DNA of 20,000 nt from an uncultured virus (IMG/VR IMGVR_UViG_3300035181_002953) (taxonomy: Duplodnaviria > Heunggongvirae > Uroviricota > Caudoviricetes). The position numbers and the translations under genes are program-made. The notes below the pieces were generated by a model. It had not been told where the DNA came from. It saw only the letters and a list, made by a program, of their open reading frames with translations, and ran no database searches. Shown here one piece after another: positions 16,173 to 20,000 of this stretch. The stretch lies in IMG/VR virus record IMGVR_UViG_3300035181_002953; one strand, written 5' to 3'. Position 1 is the first letter of the stretch. Every line of letters begins with the position of its first letter.

Positions 16173-17110
16173 TGTCCTGGCCCTTCGACTTGCTGAACCG
16201 CACTGCGAAGTTCCCCGCGGGTTCCGACGAGTGGAACCTCTTGCAGGCGCTCTGCCGCGCGGCGGCGTCCTCGGGCGCGTTCGCCTACGAGCTCGCCTAT
16301 CAGCCCGGCGGCGCGCCCGGGCGCCCGGGCGTCTTCTCCGATTTCGGCGCCCTCGCGGAGCGGGCGCGCTCGATCCCCGGCCAGAAGATCATCACGTTCG
16401 ATCCGTCGTTCCTCACGCCGGGCGTACCGATGCCGATCGCGCCGGGGTTCTACGACTTCCGCGCGCCGGCGGGCGCGGGCGGCGGCGGCGCCGACACTGT
16501 CTGGCGCACGGACCCGTCGCGCTTCCCCGCGCCCTTCACGATCGAGCTCGCGGACGGCGTGACGATCGACGGCGTCTCGACCTTCCGGGACGTGCGCGTC
16601 GTCGCGCAGAACACGAGCGCGCCCGTCATCGTTGCGGGGCCCGGAGACACCGGCTGGTTCCTGCAAGGGTGGGGCATGGTCCGGAACGACGGGACGAAGC
16701 CCTTCATCGACGATGCCGTCGTGGGTCACAATACGCTTGTCCAGGTGTCCAACGACGCCGAGCTCGCGACGGGCGCGAACAACGCGCCGTTCATCCGCAT
16801 GAGCGCGACGCCGCAGAGCATGACTGTCCTCACGCAAGACGAAGCGCTCGTCGACGCGAACGTCCTCGCGGGCGTCGCCGGAAACACGTACGGAGCGCGT
16901 ATCGGGTCCGCGTCTGGCCAGATCGTCAATCCGCAGATCGGCTTGCCGGGCGGCGTGATCGCCATCGCCTTCGGTGAAAACGACCTCTACATCCAGCACA
17001 ACTCGCCCCCGAACCCGCTCGTATGGGTCACGCTGCCGGGGACCACGTTCCAGGCCATCGAGCGCATTGCCGCGGCCCTCGCCGTGCGAACGGGTGCGCC
17101 CATTCCGTGA
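16172..17110 (+). CDS. putative virion fibre/beta-helix-like protein (312 aa)
   Basis: Gly/Ala/Val/Asn/Thr-rich body; short helical C-terminus WVTLPGTTFQAIERIAAALAVRTGAPIP; function inferred from composition and context. Confidence 0.75.
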   Translation: MSWPFDLLNRTAKFPAGSDEWNLLQALCRAAASSGAFAYELAYQPGGAPGRPGVFSDFGALAERARSIPGQKIITFDPSFLTPGVPMPIAPGFYDFRAPAGAGGGGADTVWRTDPSRFPAPFTIELADGVTIDGVSTFRDVRVVAQNTSAPVIVAGPGDTGWFLQGWGMVRNDGTKPFIDDAVVGHNTLVQVSNDAELATGANNAPFIRMSATPQSMTVLTQDEALVDANVLAGVAGNTYGARIGSASGQIVNPQIGLPGGVIAIAFGENDLYIQHNSPPNPLVWVTLPGTTFQAIERIAAALAVRTGAPIP

Positions 17111-17116
17111 TACCGT
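17108..17116 (+). promoter_or_regulatory. extended -10 element TGATACCGT (leaderless start)
   Basis: 6 nt before ATG 17123; its TGA is also the upstream stop codon. Confidence 0.6.
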
Positions 17117-17122
17117 CGCGGG

Positions 17123-18044
17123 ATGTCGGCCTTCGATGCACTCACGCGGCTCGCGGGCTATATCGGCTCGGGTAACCCCCCTCTACGACTGGGCTCGTGA
17201 GGTGACGCGGAGCGCCGGGGGCGGGACGAGCGTCGTCCGGTACCCGAACCGCTACGACCTCTCGGTGAACAACGCGCGCGTCGAGAACGCGGCGGCGTCG
17301 GTCGCGTCGATGATCACGGGGACCGCGACGGCCGCGGCCGGCAGCTACATCGGTGGCGGCACGGGAAACAAGGCGCTGCTCGGGTGCAAGGGGCACGACG
17401 GTCTGCTGCTCTCGGCGCTCCAGTCGCTCGAATGGTCGTGGGAGCTCGTGGGCTTCCAGGATCCGAACCCGAGGTTCTACGCGCCGTACCTCAACATGCA
17501 GGTTCAGCTGACGACCGGCGAGTACAAGATCCTGGTGGTCGACCCGAACGTCACGGGCCTGAATCTCGGCACGCTCACCTCGCTCGGCGCGAACAAGTTC
17601 CGCTTCCGCCACGACACGAGCGTCAACTTCGTGTCCGTCGGCGACGCCTTCTCCGCCCGCCCGGCCAACCCCGCGCTCGGCCTCGTCGACATGCCCCTCG
17701 TCTGCGATCCGGTGAACCCGCCGAGCGCGCCCGGGACCACGCCGAACCCCGTCGCCTATGCCGCCGGGCCGCCGCCGCCCGTTGTGCCGGCACCGATCAT
17801 TCCCGGCACGTGGCCGGGCTACAGCTTCCGCTACACGGACATCCTCGCCGTGCCGGGGTGGTCGGGGGCGAAGCTCGTCGACGTCTTCATCGGGGACAAC
17901 GGGCTCCCGGGCCCCGCGCCCACGATCGGCTCGCCGGGCGGGCTCATCACGCCGGCCGTTCTGCTCTCACTCGGGAACAGCGGTTTCCACGACCAGCGCA
18001 ACCTCCGCGTGTCGTCGATCCTGCTGAACGGAGCTCCGGCGTTA
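17123..18044 (+). CDS. beta-rich putative spike/adhesin protein B, +1 frameshift at C6 run 17176-17181 (standard stop at 18161)
   Basis: MSAFDALTRLAGYIGSGNP in one frame and LYDWAREVTR...NGAPA in the +1 frame; colinear with 15396-16172. Confidence 0.75.
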
Positions 18045-18069
18045 GGCCGATACGACCGCCGATCGGGCG

Positions 18070-18078
18070 TGATAGCGT
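18070..18078 (+). promoter_or_regulatory. extended -10 element TGATAGCGT (leaderless start)
   Basis: 7 nt before ATG 18086; one mismatch to TGATACCGT. Confidence 0.55.
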
Positions 18079-18085
18079 CGGCTGG

Positions 18086-19087
18086 ATGGAACACAAGAAC
18101 CACCATCTGGCTAGTCACATCAACCACCACGAGCTGCGCTCGGACAATACCCTGCACGTGATTGGCGTGCTGGCAAACCCGGCGCGATTTCACTCTCGCT
18201 ACCGCCTCGCCCGAGAGTGGCAAGAGCACATGGCGGGCACCCCAAACGTGAAGCTCCACATGGTGGAGTCTGCGTTCGGGGATCGGCATCACGAGGTCGT
18301 CGACGGCCTCGACAGCGTTCTCCGTCTCCGGACCAACAGCGAGATCTGGACGAAGGAGAACATGATCAACCTGGGGGTGAAGCACCTCCTCCCGGTGGAC
18401 TGGAAGTACGTCGCGTGGGTGGATTGCGACGTGCACTTCCGCGACCCGAACTGGGCGCAGGAAACGCTGCACATGCTCCAGCACTGGCCCATCGTGCAGC
18501 CCTGGATGCAGTGCGCGGACCTTGGCTTCCGAGGCGACATCCGAAACACCGATCACAGCTTCGGGTACCTCTGGCACAACGGGAAGATCCCCGAGCATCA
18601 CTCGAAGCACCGGATGAAGGACGGCTACCCGTACGAGAACTTCATGTACGGACACTCTGGCTACGCGTGGGCCTGCACCCGCGCGTTCTGGGAGCAAGTC
18701 GGCGGCCTCATGGACTGGTGCATCCTCGGCAGCGCCGACCACCACATGGCCTGGGGATGTGTGGGGAAGATCGACGACACGATCAACGGCAACTGCGATC
18801 CGGCGTTCTTCCGTAAGGCTCACGAATGGCAGGCGCGGGCGATGCGCGCGTGCCACGCGCAGGTCGCGTACGTGAACGGCCGCATCGAACACAACTTCCA
18901 CGGGCCGAAGGGGCGCCGTGGGTACCGTGACCGGTGGAAGCTCCTCATCGAGCACAAGTACAACCCGGACGTCGACCTGATGTACGACGCGCAGGGGATG
19001 ATCCAGCTCGCCGGCAAGCCCGCGCTCGAGCAGGCCATCCGCCTCTACAACCGCAGCCGCGGAGAGGACTCGATCGAAGACGAGTGA
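18086..19087 (+). CDS. glycosyltransferase-like protein (GT-A fold, DxD motif), 333 aa
   Basis: WTKENMINLGV...KYVAWVDCDVHF...GHSGYAWACTRAFWEQVGGL...GSADHHMA...HNFHG. Confidence 0.75.
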   Translation: MEHKNHHLASHINHHELRSDNTLHVIGVLANPARFHSRYRLAREWQEHMAGTPNVKLHMVESAFGDRHHEVVDGLDSVLRLRTNSEIWTKENMINLGVKHLLPVDWKYVAWVDCDVHFRDPNWAQETLHMLQHWPIVQPWMQCADLGFRGDIRNTDHSFGYLWHNGKIPEHHSKHRMKDGYPYENFMYGHSGYAWACTRAFWEQVGGLMDWCILGSADHHMAWGCVGKIDDTINGNCDPAFFRKAHEWQARAMRACHAQVAYVNGRIEHNFHGPKGRRGYRDRWKLLIEHKYNPDVDLMYDAQGMIQLAGKPALEQAIRLYNRSRGEDSIEDE

Positions 19088-19089
19088 GG

Positions 19090-19401
19090 TCAGCCGAAGC
19101 GTACGGCTTCGTGAAGCTCGGGGATCTCGGCGAGGTCCACGTACGAATCCCCGGGCCTCATGTACCCGAGCCATGAGCCGTGCGCGTCGAGGATGCTCTC
19201 GCCGTTGTCGCTCGCGAAGCCGCGGAACGTGTAGACCTGCTCACGGAGCATCTGATCGTAGATCAGCCGCGCCGCCTTCGGCCCCACCTTCCGCATCCGC
19301 GCCGCGCGTCGGAGCGCGAGACGCGGATCGGTCGGGCGCACGACGGCGAGCGCGTCGACAGACCCTCGCATGAACGGATCCGCGAGGTTTCGGCAGCTCA
19401 C
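19090..19401 (-). CDS. hypothetical protein (103 aa)
   Basis: GTG 19401 in GTGA overlap with GGAGG-like AGAGG upstream; convergent with the glycosyltransferase-like gene. Confidence 0.65.
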   Translation of the reverse strand: MSCRNLADPFMRGSVDALAVVRPTDPRLALRRAARMRKVGPKAARLIYDQMLREQVYTFRGFASDNGESILDAHGSWLGYMRPGDSYVDLAEIPELHEAVRFG

Positions 19402-19823
19402 CGGCGCCTCTTGGCCTTCGCGAGCTTCCGGATCTGCTTGCGGGCGGCGTGAACGCGCTTGAGGTAGCCCTTGTCGCCCGGGTTGTAGAGCGCAATGGCC
19501 CCGCCGCGCTTGCAGGCCTCGTTGTCCGGGTGCTCTTTGCAGTACGTGCGGTTCGTGTCGAGGATGACCGCGATGGCGCGGACGTTGGCGTCCGGGCTCT
19601 TGAGGTGCTCGACGACCACCGGGTCGCAGCCCGGCACGTTGATGCCGCCGAGCCCCACTGAGCACGAGCCGTTCGACTCGTGCTTCACGATGTCCGCCTG
19701 CCCCCGGCTCTCGACATGGGCGATGGCCATGATGAGGTCCGGGTCGACGTGGTGGGCCTTCCCGTGGTCCTGCGCGAGCGCGAGGATGGAGAGCGCGCCG
19801 GCGAAGAGAGCGAGCGGGTTCAT
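19398..19823 (-). CDS. lytic transglycosylase (SLT domain) with N-terminal hydrophobic signal
   Basis: VDPDLIMAIAHVES (catalytic Glu), SVGLGGIN (GLxQ-like), P.ANV and AIALYN motifs. Confidence 0.85.
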   Translation of the reverse strand: MNPLALFAGALSILALAQDHGKAHHVDPDLIMAIAHVESRGQADIVKHESNGSCSVGLGGINVPGCDPVVVEHLKSPDANVRAIAVILDTNRTYCKEHPDNEACKRGGAIALYNPGDKGYLKRVHAARKQIRKLAKAKRRR

Positions 19824-20000
19824 CGGTGCTTTCCCGTGAGAGACCGCGCCCGCGCGCTGCCGCGGATGGCGGCCTCGAGCTTGTGGGCGTTCCCGCTCTC
19901 GAACTCGGCCCTATCCGTGACGAACCACTCCGACATCGCGCCGGCCACCGTGCGGAGGGCGAGCGAGATCTCGGTGCCAACCGACCACGCGGTCGTGCCC
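19820..20000 (-). CDS. hypothetical protein (5'-truncated by window edge)
   Basis: ...GTTAWSVGTEISLALRTVAGAMSEWFVTDRAEFESGNAHKLEAAIRG...KHR*; its TGA overlaps the SLT ATG. Confidence 0.65.
   Translation of the reverse strand, partial: GTTAWSVGTEISLALRTVAGAMSEWFVTDRAEFESGNAHKLEAAIRGSARARSLTGKHR

Noticed and set aside
1..20000. TAG/TGA stop-to-sense recoding, tRNA genes, CRISPR arrays, integrase or IS elements
   Set aside because: Genes are uninterrupted and end in TGA, TAG or TAA; there is almost no intergenic space, and no cloverleaf, regular repeat-spacer array or recombinase motif was seen

Overview
GC-rich, gene-dense viral (phage or prophage-like) segment of about 45 mostly small CDSs, nearly all chained by ATGA/GTGA/TGATG overlaps. 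Two divergent accessory arms (leftward 1-5537, rightward 5622-12963) start from mirror-image TTGAC[A/C]-N17-CATGAT promoters. They encode a YfdR-like HD nucleotidase, an HTH protein, a PHA-system-family-like protein, a RyR-domain protein and many Cys/Zn-motif proteins. A putative virion-surface module (13876-19087) holds three paralogous membrane-anchored Cys-module proteins, two paralogous beta-rich proteins (one split by a +1 frameshift in a C6 run), a fibre-like protein and a GT-A glycosyltransferase-like gene. A signal-bearing lytic transglycosylase follows on the - strand. No capsid, terminase, integrase, tRNA or CRISPR was recognised. The most striking signal is that all four in-frame TTA codons I found in credible genes sit where a stop is expected (12961, 13205, 16170, 18042) and none is internal, which suggests TTA acts as a stop or unassigned codon. 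Indel errors remain an alternative for some sites. Family calls are from motif recognition only; no searches were run.
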